From contig CAXSAY010000007.1 of NCBI GenBank assembly GCA_964235665.1, positions 30,896-94,895 on the forward strand: a stretch of DNA of 64,000 nt, given 5' to 3'. Shown in pieces: positions 27,267-36,658 of the stretch. A program made the translations under genes and the position numbers. Under the pieces are notes generated by a model. That model saw only the letters and a list, made by a program, of their open reading frames with translations, made no database searches and was not told the origin of the DNA. This stretch comes from an uncultured Acidobacteriaceae bacterium. Lineage in GTDB: Bacteria > Acidobacteriota > Terriglobia > Terriglobales > Acidobacteriaceae. Position 1 is the first letter of the stretch, and every line of letters starts with the position of its first letter.

Positions 27267-27887
27267 GTGCTCTTCAATCTTGCCAGATCGCGTCCGCACC
27301 TGGGATCAAGCGGCAGCATAAGAGGGCATCGATCAGGCTACTCCACAGCCCGTCCACGAATCGCTACTCTAGACCCAGTGCCGCACGCCTATCCATCTCG
27401 TACCCTGGCCGAAGCCGGCCGCGTCTCTCGTCGCAGCGATCCGCGCCTCGGCCCCAACGGCCTGCTGCTCTGCCGCTGGTGCGAGCTCGAGATCCTGGCC
27501 AAGCGTCGCCGCACCTTCTGCTCGGACTTCTGCGTCCATCAGTGGCGCCTCCGGTCCGATCCCGGCTATCTACGCGATCAGGTCTTCGCCCGCGATGGTG
27601 GCTGCTGCGCGGTCTGCCAGGCTGACACCCTCGCCATCTTCTCGGCGCTCAAACGTGCCCGCGGCACGGCGCGCGAGGAGGGGCTGCGCGTGTACGGGAT
27701 GCGATCCATCAAAGCCCGCCGATCGCTCTGGGATGCCGACCACATCATCCCGGTCGCAGAGGGCGGCGGCCAGTGCGACCTCGACAACCTCCGCACCCTC
27801 TGCCTGCTCTGCCATCGTGAGGAGACCGCCCGTCTGCGCACCCGGCTGCGAGCCCAGCGCCCGTCCATGCAGGAGACGCCCGACTAG
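27267..27887 (+). CDS. HNH endonuclease domain protein
   Basis: CRWCE...FCS..C and CAVCQ zinc-finger-like Cys pairs. HNH core DADHIIPVAEGGGQCDLDNLRTLCLLCHREET. The start codon is uncertain (the track ORF starts with GTG 27267). Confidence 0.75.
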   Translation: MLFNLARSRPHLGSSGSIRGHRSGYSTARPRIATLDPVPHAYPSRTLAEAGRVSRRSDPRLGPNGLLLCRWCELEILAKRRRTFCSDFCVHQWRLRSDPGYLRDQVFARDGGCCAVCQADTLAIFSALKRARGTAREEGLRVYGMRSIKARRSLWDADHIIPVAEGGGQCDLDNLRTLCLLCHREETARLRTRLRAQRPSMQETPD

Positions 27888-27905
27888 CTCGCCATTCGGG
27901 ACCAT

Positions 27906-28607
27906 CTACTTCTGATGGCCCATCCGGTACACGAATCCGACGTTAAAACCGAAGTTGTTCTGCAGGGTTCCGTGCACCGTCTGCGCGCCTTGGTAGTCCG
28001 AGCCATCAAAAGTGGTTCCGATATAGGTCGGCGCAATGCGAAACGCCAGATTCGGGTAGAAGTTGTAGTCGAAGTTGGCGCCCACCGTAAACGCCGCGCG
28101 CCACGGCGTCGACCAGATGCCCAGCAGCTGCGGCGGAATGTTCTTCGAGCCGCTGGCAAACTTGCCGTACCCGACTCCGCCCGTCACGAACCCTGTGACA
28201 GAGGTCTTCTGCTGCGCGTAGAAGCGGTACTCCGGCCCGGCGGTGAAGGTGTACTCGGAGATCTGCGGATTGGGCAGATCGAAGATATTGTTGCCGATCT
28301 TGGCATTGCCGTAAGCGCCGTGCGCGTCGGCCAGAATACCCAGCTTCGGATTCAGAAAGTAGGTCGTGTTGCCGAAGAACGTCACTTCATTGTTCTTCTG
28401 CAGAGACTCACCTGACCGGAAGCGTAAATAGCCACCGCCACCAGAGATCTCATAGCGATGCGAGTAGGTCTCGGCAATCGCGCGGTCAATACGCGCCCGG
28501 CGATTGGCATTGGTCTCGCGTCTGGCCCGTACTGGCCGCCGTGCCTGTGCCTCGGCAGTTGAGGGAAGAAATATTAAGAGCAGAACCGCAGGCGCTGGGA
28601 ACGCCAT
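27906..28607 (-). CDS. outer-membrane beta-barrel protein (porin/OmpW-like fold)
   Basis: Signal MAFPAPAVLLLIFLPSTAEAQA. Alternating aromatic/Gly beta-strand pattern. C-terminal FNVGFVYRM. Confidence 0.65.
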   Translation of the reverse strand: MAFPAPAVLLLIFLPSTAEAQARRPVRARRETNANRRARIDRAIAETYSHRYEISGGGGYLRFRSGESLQKNNEVTFFGNTTYFLNPKLGILADAHGAYGNAKIGNNIFDLPNPQISEYTFTAGPEYRFYAQQKTSVTGFVTGGVGYGKFASGSKNIPPQLLGIWSTPWRAAFTVGANFDYNFYPNLAFRIAPTYIGTTFDGSDYQGAQTVHGTLQNNFGFNVGFVYRMGHQK

Positions 28608-28765
28608 CCATCTAGACCGGAAACCACGCACTCCACAGACTCCTCTGCCCGCGGCTTTGCTAAGGTGAAGACTTCGATCAAGGGCGGCCTTAGCGGGCAT
28701 ACCTCATTAGAACATCCACGGGCAGAGTCGTGCCGGCGGGCGAAAGAAGAAGGTGCAGGGAACGG

Positions 28766-29452
28766 ATGGCGAAGCGGCAGGGAAGTCGACGCGGCACAGC
28801 GCGCCGCATAGGTTCATCGGGTCGAGGCACCTCGGGGCAGACCGTTGCGAGCCTCGCTGCCCTGGCGGCTGTGCTCGGCGGCGGCACAGCTCTTTATCGC
28901 TACACTGCCGCCCACCCTGCTGAACCGGCTGAGTCCTCGTCCAGCCGGTCGCTGCCGGCACAGTCTTCTCCCCTGCGACGCCACCCCGAAGCGATCCCGA
29001 CCCCCTCCGCCGGACCTTCCTCATCGCCGTCAGCCCCGGGCCTCTCCCCGGCGCCCGCTAAAGCATCCGCACCATCCCCGGAGTCGTCGCAGCCAGCCAT
29101 CCCCGGCAAAGTGCCGGTCGCACCCTTTGGCACCAGCGAAGAGGTCTTTGAAAGCGGCGCGCGTCTCTACGCGGCGAACTGCGCCGGCTGTCATGGACGC
29201 CCGGGGAAAAACGGCAGCGGTCCCCTCGCCGCACAGTTCTGGGACCGCACCAGTCCCGCCGGCACACAGGCCATCGCGCAACCCGCCGGCGCCCTCTACC
29301 AGGCCACCGCTCACGGCAATCTCGCCGATGGCATGCCCTCCTACGCGCAGCGCCTCACTGACACCCAGCTGTGGGATCTCGCCCTTCTGATGAAGAGCGC
29401 CCACGACGATCTGCCGGAGCCGGTCGTGCGTCTTCTACGCGGCGTCCACTAG
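28766..29452 (+). CDS. membrane-anchored c-type cytochrome
   Basis: Single heme motif CAGCHG with a downstream Met (DGMPSY). N-terminal anchor, then a Pro/Ser/Ala-rich linker. Confidence 0.75.
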   Translation: MAKRQGSRRGTARRIGSSGRGTSGQTVASLAALAAVLGGGTALYRYTAAHPAEPAESSSSRSLPAQSSPLRRHPEAIPTPSAGPSSSPSAPGLSPAPAKASAPSPESSQPAIPGKVPVAPFGTSEEVFESGARLYAANCAGCHGRPGKNGSGPLAAQFWDRTSPAGTQAIAQPAGALYQATAHGNLADGMPSYAQRLTDTQLWDLALLMKSAHDDLPEPVVRLLRGVH

Positions 29453-29505
29453 GGAATGCCATCAGCCAGCTGCAGCGTGGGGCTGTTTCTGGCTAGGTTC
29501 GCCCG

Positions 29506-30675
29506 CTACTTCAACGTGTAGCTGACCCCTGTCACAAACTGGAAGCTGCTCTTCTTGTAGAACGCAGGCGTGTTATTGACGTAGTTGTCCGTCGCGGTGA
29601 CGTTCGCCGCGAAGCGCCTCCAGATCGGAAACGCAAAGCCGGCCGACAGGTTGGCCGCATAGGCGTCAGAGTTGTTCCAGCTGTAGATGAAGTTACCCGC
29701 CTCTGTGAACAGGATCTTGCGCGGCAAGGTGCGGCGATAGGTCTCGCCAAAGGTCGATCCAACCAGGTCTTGGTTCGATGTGCTTTGAAAGAAGGCCTGT
29801 CTCTCGTAGTGCACATCCGCCTTCACATCCAGTTGCTGCTTCGCATCCGAGATCACCGTATAGCCCACGCCGGCTCCGTAGATCTGATCCAGATCAAGGC
29901 CAAGCGAGAAGTTGTGGTCAAACGCCACCTCTCCTAGGTAGTAGAAGCGTCGGCTGAGATACTCGTCCTGTTCCGCGTCCGCATGGAAGATGCTCGTCTT
30001 CACGAGCTGATCCGGCAGACCAAGCGGATTCGGAATCGCTCCCGGCGATCTCTGCGTGCCATAGGTCTCGCTCAGATCCACCAGCGTCCGGTTACGCGGC
30101 GGCAGGTACGAGACCGTAGGAAACGTTCGTACCAGGGCCACCGTCGCGTTGAACGTCGTCGCATTCTGTGTCGCACGCACCACCGTGGCGCCGGCCGAGA
30201 CGGCACCGTTCCAGCCATACCAGATGCTCGGGTGCGGGTTAGTCTCGCGGCGAAACGTCGGCTCGTCGATCAGGTACCCAACGTCCTTCACAGGAATCGT
30301 CTGGATGATCTGCTCCCCGGAAGCGATGCTCAGCTTGCCATCTTTCACCGTGACCGACCCCGGCCGGACCAGCGCCCCCACCACCTTCTGCTCCTTCTCG
30401 AGCAGCGCAAAGGAGCCGGAAGACCGCAGCTCCCGCACCTTATCCAGAGAAACCGAGAGGTCGCCGGCCATCTCGCTATGAAAGGTAATGCTGCCGCCCA
30501 CCGCTTGGACCAGCTTGCCCGTCAGCTGGTCCCCGTTCGTAAAGATCAGCACATCCGGTGCAGGCTTGGGCGGCGTCGGGTCCTGTCCGCTCGCTCGCAA
30601 CGAGATCGCAACCAGCAAAAGAGTCAGGGGCAGAAACCGCGTCAGAAGGCGGAAGGGAATCAGAGAGCCAGGCAT
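29506..30675 (-). CDS. outer-membrane beta-barrel protein (DUF481/YdiY-like)
   Basis: Signal peptide (LLTRFLPLTLLLVAISLRASG), an N-terminal soluble domain, then a beta-strand-rich C-terminal part ending FQFVTGVSYTLK. The family is a guess. Confidence 0.55.
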   Translation of the reverse strand: MPGSLIPFRLLTRFLPLTLLLVAISLRASGQDPTPPKPAPDVLIFTNGDQLTGKLVQAVGGSITFHSEMAGDLSVSLDKVRELRSSGSFALLEKEQKVVGALVRPGSVTVKDGKLSIASGEQIIQTIPVKDVGYLIDEPTFRRETNPHPSIWYGWNGAVSAGATVVRATQNATTFNATVALVRTFPTVSYLPPRNRTLVDLSETYGTQRSPGAIPNPLGLPDQLVKTSIFHADAEQDEYLSRRFYYLGEVAFDHNFSLGLDLDQIYGAGVGYTVISDAKQQLDVKADVHYERQAFFQSTSNQDLVGSTFGETYRRTLPRKILFTEAGNFIYSWNNSDAYAANLSAGFAFPIWRRFAANVTATDNYVNNTPAFYKKSSFQFVTGVSYTLK

Positions 30676-30904
30676 GAGTAGAGGGTATGCCCGGGCCGTC
30701 CTGCCCCTGCAAAAATATTTCCGGAACAAAGCATTGCCAACCCTATCGCGGCGGGCTTACTATCCGACTCGCATTCGGCACAGTTCGCTTAAGCGGGCGC
30801 GCCAGAATGGTTCGATAGCAGGCGAAACGTCTGCGGGTCCCATGTTGTCTCCGCGAAACACGCACAGTGTGCTTCAGAGAGTTTTCAGGAAGGTCAAAAA
30901 TCGT

Positions 30905-31633
30905 ATGGCATGGTACGCCTACTGCATCACAGAGCGTCAGGCGTTCCCTGAGCTCTGCCGACATCGCCGTCCTACCCCGCTCCAGGGGGTTCACGGACTC
31001 TTCAACAATCAGGCATTCCTCTTTCCCGCGGGAGATCTCGCCGTCGTCGTCTCCGAGCACCTGCCAGAAGACGCCGCCCGTATGGACCAGCAAACACAGC
31101 GGGATCACGCACGTGTCATCGCTGACTGCTTCAAGCACTCCACCGTGCTGCCGTTCCGCTTCGGCACCACCTTTGACGATGACGAGGCGCTCCGTCGCTC
31201 CGTCCGCTCCAACCAGAAGCACTTCCAGGCCAACGTCGAGCGCCTGCGCGGCAAGGCCGAGATGCACCTCAAGGTTCTGGTCGACGACACCTGTCCAGGC
31301 AATGCCCTGCGCGACATGACCGTCGGGCAGCAGTATCTGACCAGCCTGCGCGAAAGCGCCACCCGGCAGCGCGAGCGCCAGAGCAAGGCCAGGGCTCTCT
31401 CCGTCCAGATGCATCGCATGTTCCTGCCCCTGGCCGAGGAGATCACCTGCAAACGGATGGAGTCCGGCAAGATGCTCCTCGATATCGCTCATCTGATCGA
31501 CGGCAAGACGGTGGAGCGCTATCAGAACAAATACAGCTCCGCGATCCAGCAGCTGAAGGAGTGCCGGATGCAACTCTCCGGACCCTGGCCGCCCTATCAC
31601 TTCGTCCAGAGATCGGGCGGAGCCCAGGCCTAA
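30905..31633 (+). CDS. GvpF/GvpL-family (gas vesicle protein F/L-like) protein
   Basis: 242 aa. WYAYCI opening, DLAVVVSE, HARVIADCF..STVLPFRFGTTF, LRGKAEMHLKV and terminal LSGPWPPYHF all match the GvpL_GvpF family layout as I recall it. AGGAAGG lies 11 nt upstream of ATG 30905. Confidence 0.7.
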   Translation: MAWYAYCITERQAFPELCRHRRPTPLQGVHGLFNNQAFLFPAGDLAVVVSEHLPEDAARMDQQTQRDHARVIADCFKHSTVLPFRFGTTFDDDEALRRSVRSNQKHFQANVERLRGKAEMHLKVLVDDTCPGNALRDMTVGQQYLTSLRESATRQRERQSKARALSVQMHRMFLPLAEEITCKRMESGKMLLDIAHLIDGKTVERYQNKYSSAIQQLKECRMQLSGPWPPYHFVQRSGGAQA

Positions 31634-31666
31634 GTCTCACAACCCCTTCCATCACGCCGGCTCCCG

Positions 31667-31689
31667 ATAGCCCGCATACTGCGGGCTAT
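31667..31689 (+). terminator. rho-independent terminator after the GvpF/L-like gene
   Basis: atagcccgca / tac / tgcgggctat, followed by tatcttc. Confidence 0.65.
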
Positions 31690-31846
31690 TATCTTCACAT
31701 TCCCCCCACCAAAGTGTTACTCGCTCCGGTCTTAAAAGGACTAACCTTTGCCCCATCAAGAGCATAGAATCTTGATAGGCGCAAATTCCTGCTGAATGAA
31801 CGAGTTCAGGGAAGCGTCGGTTGGTTGTTAGGAGATCGATACGTTT

Positions 31847-33448
31847 ATGAAACGCACGTCACTGTACCTTCAGGGCGGAAGTGCCCTGTTCCTGACCGGA
31901 CTCTTCCTGTCAGCTTCCCCTTTCTCTGCCGCTCAGGAAGCGAACCCGACCTCGAACGTCACACCAAGCGAAGCCCGGGATGCAGTTCAGCAAAAGGATG
32001 GGATCTACCTCTACCGGGTGAAGGTCGTGCAGCGCGATCTCGACGCCGTCAACTACTTTCATCGCAGCGGCTCGACCAAGGTGGCCTTCAAGGGAACCAC
32101 ACTCCTTCCCGGCGGCAAGGGCGAAGCGACGGTCAAGAGCGAGCGCGGCGGCATCACCATCGAAGCCAAGTTCGAAGGCCTCTCACCCGCTAACGGCTTC
32201 GGCCCCGAGTACCTCACCTACGTCCTCTGGGCCATTACACCCGACGGCCGTCCCAACAACCTCGGCGAAGTTCTTCCCGCAGGCACCAAGAGCAACATCA
32301 CCGTCACCACCTCACTCCAGTCCTTTGGTCTGATCGTGACTGCCGAGCCGTACTATTCCGTCTCCCAGCCCAGCGACGTCGTCGTCATGCAGAACCAGAT
32401 CATCGAGGACCGCACTCAGGGAGTGCTCGAGAAGGTCAACGCACACTATTCGCTTCTGCCTCGCGGCGCCTATGCCGATACCGATGGCGCGAAGAGCAAC
32501 AGCAACCCGATCACCCGTAACGAGAAGTCTCCGCTCGAGCTCTACGAGGCCTATAACGCGATGCGCATCGCGCAGGCGACCGGCGCCGACAAGTACGCCT
32601 CGGACATCATGTCTCAGGCCAATCAGGATCTGCAGAACGCCGCCGACATCGACCGAAACAAGAAGGGCAACACAAAGCTCGAAATCACCTACGCCCGTCA
32701 GGTTGTCCAGCGTGCGGAAGATGCTCGCCTCGTGACCCTGCGCAAGCAGGCCGCAGAACGGCAGCAGCAGGCCGTCGATGCGCGCAAGGCAGCCGAGGAT
32801 CAGGCTCAAACCGCACAGCTGCAGGCGCAGCAGTCCCAGCTTGAAGCCCAGCAGGCCGCGGCGGCCAAGGCGCAGGCTGACGCAGAGCGTGCCCGTGCTG
32901 AGGCGGAAGCCGCCGAGGCCCGTGCCAAGGCTGCAGCCGCAAACAAGAGCGCAGACGATGCCAACGCGATCCGTGAGCGTCTCCGTTCGCAGCTCAACAG
33001 CGTTCTCGCCACCAGCGAAACCGCGCGCGGCCTGATCGTCAACATGTCCGATGTGCTCTTCGACACCGGCAAGTTCACCCTCAAGCCCGACGCCAAGATT
33101 GCCTTGGCCAAGGTCGCCGGCATCCTGCAGGCGTACCCCGGCCTGAAGCTGCAGATCGAAGGCTACACGGACTCCGTGGGCGGCGACGACTACAACCAGA
33201 AGCTCTCTGAGAGTCGTGCAGGAGCCGTCCGCGACTTCCTGGTCTCTCAGGGTGTTCCCATGGATAACACCTCCGCCACCGGCTACGGCAAAAACAATCC
33301 CGTCGCCGATAACGGTACAGCAGCGGGTAAAGCCAAAAATCGCCGGGTTCAGCTCGTCGTCTCTGGCGATGCCATCGGCGTCCAGCAGTCCGCACCCACC
33401 GCGGGCGGAGATGCCCCGCTCCCGCAAGGCACCTCAAACCCGCAGTAA
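31847..33448 (+). CDS. OmpA-family peptidoglycan-binding protein with coiled-coil linker
   Basis: Signal peptide, N-terminal beta domain, DUF4398-like helical segment (ELYEAYNAMRIAQATGADKYA), Q/A/E-rich coiled coil, and C-terminal OmpA_C (GYTDSVGGDDYNQKLSESRAGAVRDFL, NRRVQLVV). Confidence 0.85.
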   Translation: MKRTSLYLQGGSALFLTGLFLSASPFSAAQEANPTSNVTPSEARDAVQQKDGIYLYRVKVVQRDLDAVNYFHRSGSTKVAFKGTTLLPGGKGEATVKSERGGITIEAKFEGLSPANGFGPEYLTYVLWAITPDGRPNNLGEVLPAGTKSNITVTTSLQSFGLIVTAEPYYSVSQPSDVVVMQNQIIEDRTQGVLEKVNAHYSLLPRGAYADTDGAKSNSNPITRNEKSPLELYEAYNAMRIAQATGADKYASDIMSQANQDLQNAADIDRNKKGNTKLEITYARQVVQRAEDARLVTLRKQAAERQQQAVDARKAAEDQAQTAQLQAQQSQLEAQQAAAAKAQADAERARAEAEAAEARAKAAAANKSADDANAIRERLRSQLNSVLATSETARGLIVNMSDVLFDTGKFTLKPDAKIALAKVAGILQAYPGLKLQIEGYTDSVGGDDYNQKLSESRAGAVRDFLVSQGVPMDNTSATGYGKNNPVADNGTAAGKAKNRRVQLVVSGDAIGVQQSAPTAGGDAPLPQGTSNPQ

Positions 33449-33470
33449 GTCTCCATTCACCTGCAGCAGC

Positions 33471-33502
33471 ACGAAGCCGATCGGTCCTGCGATCGGCTTC
33501 GT
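33471..33502 (+). terminator. rho-independent terminator after the OmpA-family gene
   Basis: 13-bp perfect stem acgaagccgatcg / cgatcggcttcgt with loop gtcctg, then cgcgtttg. Confidence 0.75.
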
Positions 33503-33571
33503 CGCGTTTGCCCGGGCGTTCTGCATCCCATGCATCGACACCTTCATGCGAGAAGGAGCAGGAGACTAGGT

Positions 33572-34375
33572 ATGGCCAGAACCAACGACGTTCTTCGCGG
33601 CAAAGTAGTCCTCATTACCGGCGCCAGCTCAGGCATAGGCGCCGCCTCTGCGAAAACCTTCGCCGAAGCCGGTGCAAAGCTTCTGCTCTGCGCCCGTCGG
33701 CTCGACAAGTTGAAGCAGCTCGAAGCCGGTCTGACCGAGGCAGGTGCTCCGGCCGTTCATAGCGAAGCGCTTGATGTCACCGATCGCGCAGCTGTGAATC
33801 ATCTGCTCGGTGAGCAAGGCTCACTCCCGCCCGAATGGCAGGCGATTGACATCCTCATTAACAATGCCGGCCTCAGCCGCGGCCTTGGCAAGCTCTACGA
33901 GGATGACCCGAAAAACTGGGAAGAGATGATCGATACCAACGTTAAGGGGCTGCTCTACGTCACCCGCGCCGTCGTTCCCGGCATGGTCGCGCGCGGCGGG
34001 GGGCACATCGTGAGCCTCGGCTCTACGGCGGGCCATCAGACCTATGCCGGCGGAAGCGTCTACTGTGCCACGAAAGCCGCCGAGCGTGTCCTCAGCGAAG
34101 GCCTGAAGCTCGATCTCATGGGAACGCCCGTACGCGTCACCTCAATCGACCCCGGCATGGTCGAAACAGACTTCAGCAACGTGCGCTTCCGCGGCGACAC
34201 TGCCAAAGCAGCAAAGGTCTACGAAAACATCACTCCCCTACAGCCGGAAGATGTTGCAGACGCCATCCTCTGGGCCGTCACCCGCCCCGCCCACGTCAAT
34301 ATCCATTCCATGCTGCTCACCAGCATCGATCAGGCGAACTCCACCACCCTCGTTCGCCGCGATACAGGCAAATAG
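33572..34375 (+). CDS. short-chain dehydrogenase/reductase (YdfG-like NADP-dependent)
   Basis: VVLITGASSGIGAA cofactor motif, NNAG, and catalytic YCATKAA. AAGGAG upstream of ATG 33572. Confidence 0.85.
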   Translation: MARTNDVLRGKVVLITGASSGIGAASAKTFAEAGAKLLLCARRLDKLKQLEAGLTEAGAPAVHSEALDVTDRAAVNHLLGEQGSLPPEWQAIDILINNAGLSRGLGKLYEDDPKNWEEMIDTNVKGLLYVTRAVVPGMVARGGGHIVSLGSTAGHQTYAGGSVYCATKAAERVLSEGLKLDLMGTPVRVTSIDPGMVETDFSNVRFRGDTAKAAKVYENITPLQPEDVADAILWAVTRPAHVNIHSMLLTSIDQANSTTLVRRDTGK

Positions 34376-34396
34376 CGGTCGCGCCCTCAGAAGCAG

Positions 34397-34645
34397 CTAG
34401 AGATGAATCGACCAGCCCAGCTCCGTCAGCTTCTCTTCGATATCAGCCAGCGCAAGCGACAACGCCGATCGCCGGTGCGCGCTCGACGTTCGCTCAGAAA
34501 GAATGCGCTCCCGCTGCATCTCAAGCGCCTGCCGCTTGCGTTTCTGCTCAGCCCCGGCTGCATCGGCAACGCGGGTATCAGGGCGCGGAACCTTGGCTTC
34601 AGCCTGCTGCTCTTCCACGTTTTTGCTCTCCCATCCACGCGACAT
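34397..34645 (-). CDS. small conserved-looking hypothetical protein (helical, charged)
   Basis: 82 aa, MSRGWESKNVEEQQ... No family recognised. Codon usage resembles neighbouring genes. Confidence 0.45.
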   Translation of the reverse strand: MSRGWESKNVEEQQAEAKVPRPDTRVADAAGAEQKRKRQALEMQRERILSERTSSAHRRSALSLALADIEEKLTELGWSIHL

Positions 34646-34773
34646 AGCGCCATTCTACGTCGCCGCTTTCGTGCCGAAGCAAGATTGTGCGTCCCGTTTC
34701 GCCGGCCCGACCCGCGCAGATCGCCGCATCCATCGAGCCAACCTGCCTTGCCTATAATCGAAGAGGGCTCAGA

Positions 34774-35745
<972 letters not shown>

Positions 35746-35801
35746 CCGGTCCACATCCAGAAGAAAGAGCGCAGTCCGCAGCGACCAGCAGGAGCAAACT
35801 C

Positions 35802-36653
35802 ATGGAAGCCGTAGCCGTTCTCACCGCATCACCCGTAAGCCGGCAGCAGCAGTACGTCCGCGCCTTCGCCGGCCTCTTTCTGCGCGATCTCTTCGTGCTC
35901 CGTCGCGAGCTGCTGCCGTTCGTCATCCGCGTCTGCATGAATCCGCTGCTCTTCCTCTTCGTCTTCACCGTCATCATGCCGCACATGGGCGCGGGTAACG
36001 CCGCCATGAACCCCGCGGCCAGCATGGCCGGCGCCAACTTCTCCACCATCCTCCTTCCCGGTCTCATGGCCGTCGCCATCATGTTCTCGGGCATCGCCGC
36101 CGTCGCCCTTCCGCTTGCGCAGGAGTTCGGCGTCACCCGCGAGATCGACGACCGCGTCATGTGCCCGCTCCCCGTCGCCGCCGTCGCCATCGAAAAGATC
36201 GTCTTCTCCGCGCTCCAGAGCATGATCGCTGCCGCCATCGTCTTTCCCATGGCCTACTACGTCCCCGCCACCCCCGTCGTCGCGCACGTCTCCAACTGGC
36301 CCTTCCTCCTCACCGTCATGATCCTGGCAAGCCTCGTCTCGGGCGCGCTCGGCCTCACCATCGGCACCAGTGTCAAGCCACAACAGATCGGCCTCATCTT
36401 CGGTGTCGTCGTCATGCCCATCACCTTCCTGGGCTGCGTCTACTATCCCTGGGCCGCACTCAATCACATGCGCTGGCTCCAGCTTGCTGTTCTCGTCAAT
36501 CCCATTGTCTACATGAGCGAAGGCCTGCGCGGCGCCCTCACCACCGGCCTACCGCACATGAACTCCGCCCTGGTGTTGGTCATGCTCTGCGTCTTCCTGG
36601 TCCTGCTGACCTCGCTCGGCATCCGCGGCTTCCTCCGTCGCGTTGTCGGCTAG
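35802..36653 (+). CDS. ABC-2 type transporter permease
   Basis: 283 aa, 6 TM. Immediately downstream of the DrrA-like ATPase. Confidence 0.8.
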   Translation: MEAVAVLTASPVSRQQQYVRAFAGLFLRDLFVLRRELLPFVIRVCMNPLLFLFVFTVIMPHMGAGNAAMNPAASMAGANFSTILLPGLMAVAIMFSGIAAVALPLAQEFGVTREIDDRVMCPLPVAAVAIEKIVFSALQSMIAAAIVFPMAYYVPATPVVAHVSNWPFLLTVMILASLVSGALGLTIGTSVKPQQIGLIFGVVVMPITFLGCVYYPWAALNHMRWLQLAVLVNPIVYMSEGLRGALTTGLPHMNSALVLVMLCVFLVLLTSLGIRGFLRRVVG

Positions 36654-36658
36654 CGCCT

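Noticed and set aside
30676-33448. Search for gvpA/gvpJ-like small hydrophobic ORFs or gvpN near the GvpF/L-like gene
   Set aside because: No ORF in the track or by eye resembles the conserved GvpA core. The flanking genes are OM/OmpA proteins, so no gas-vesicle cluster is claimed.
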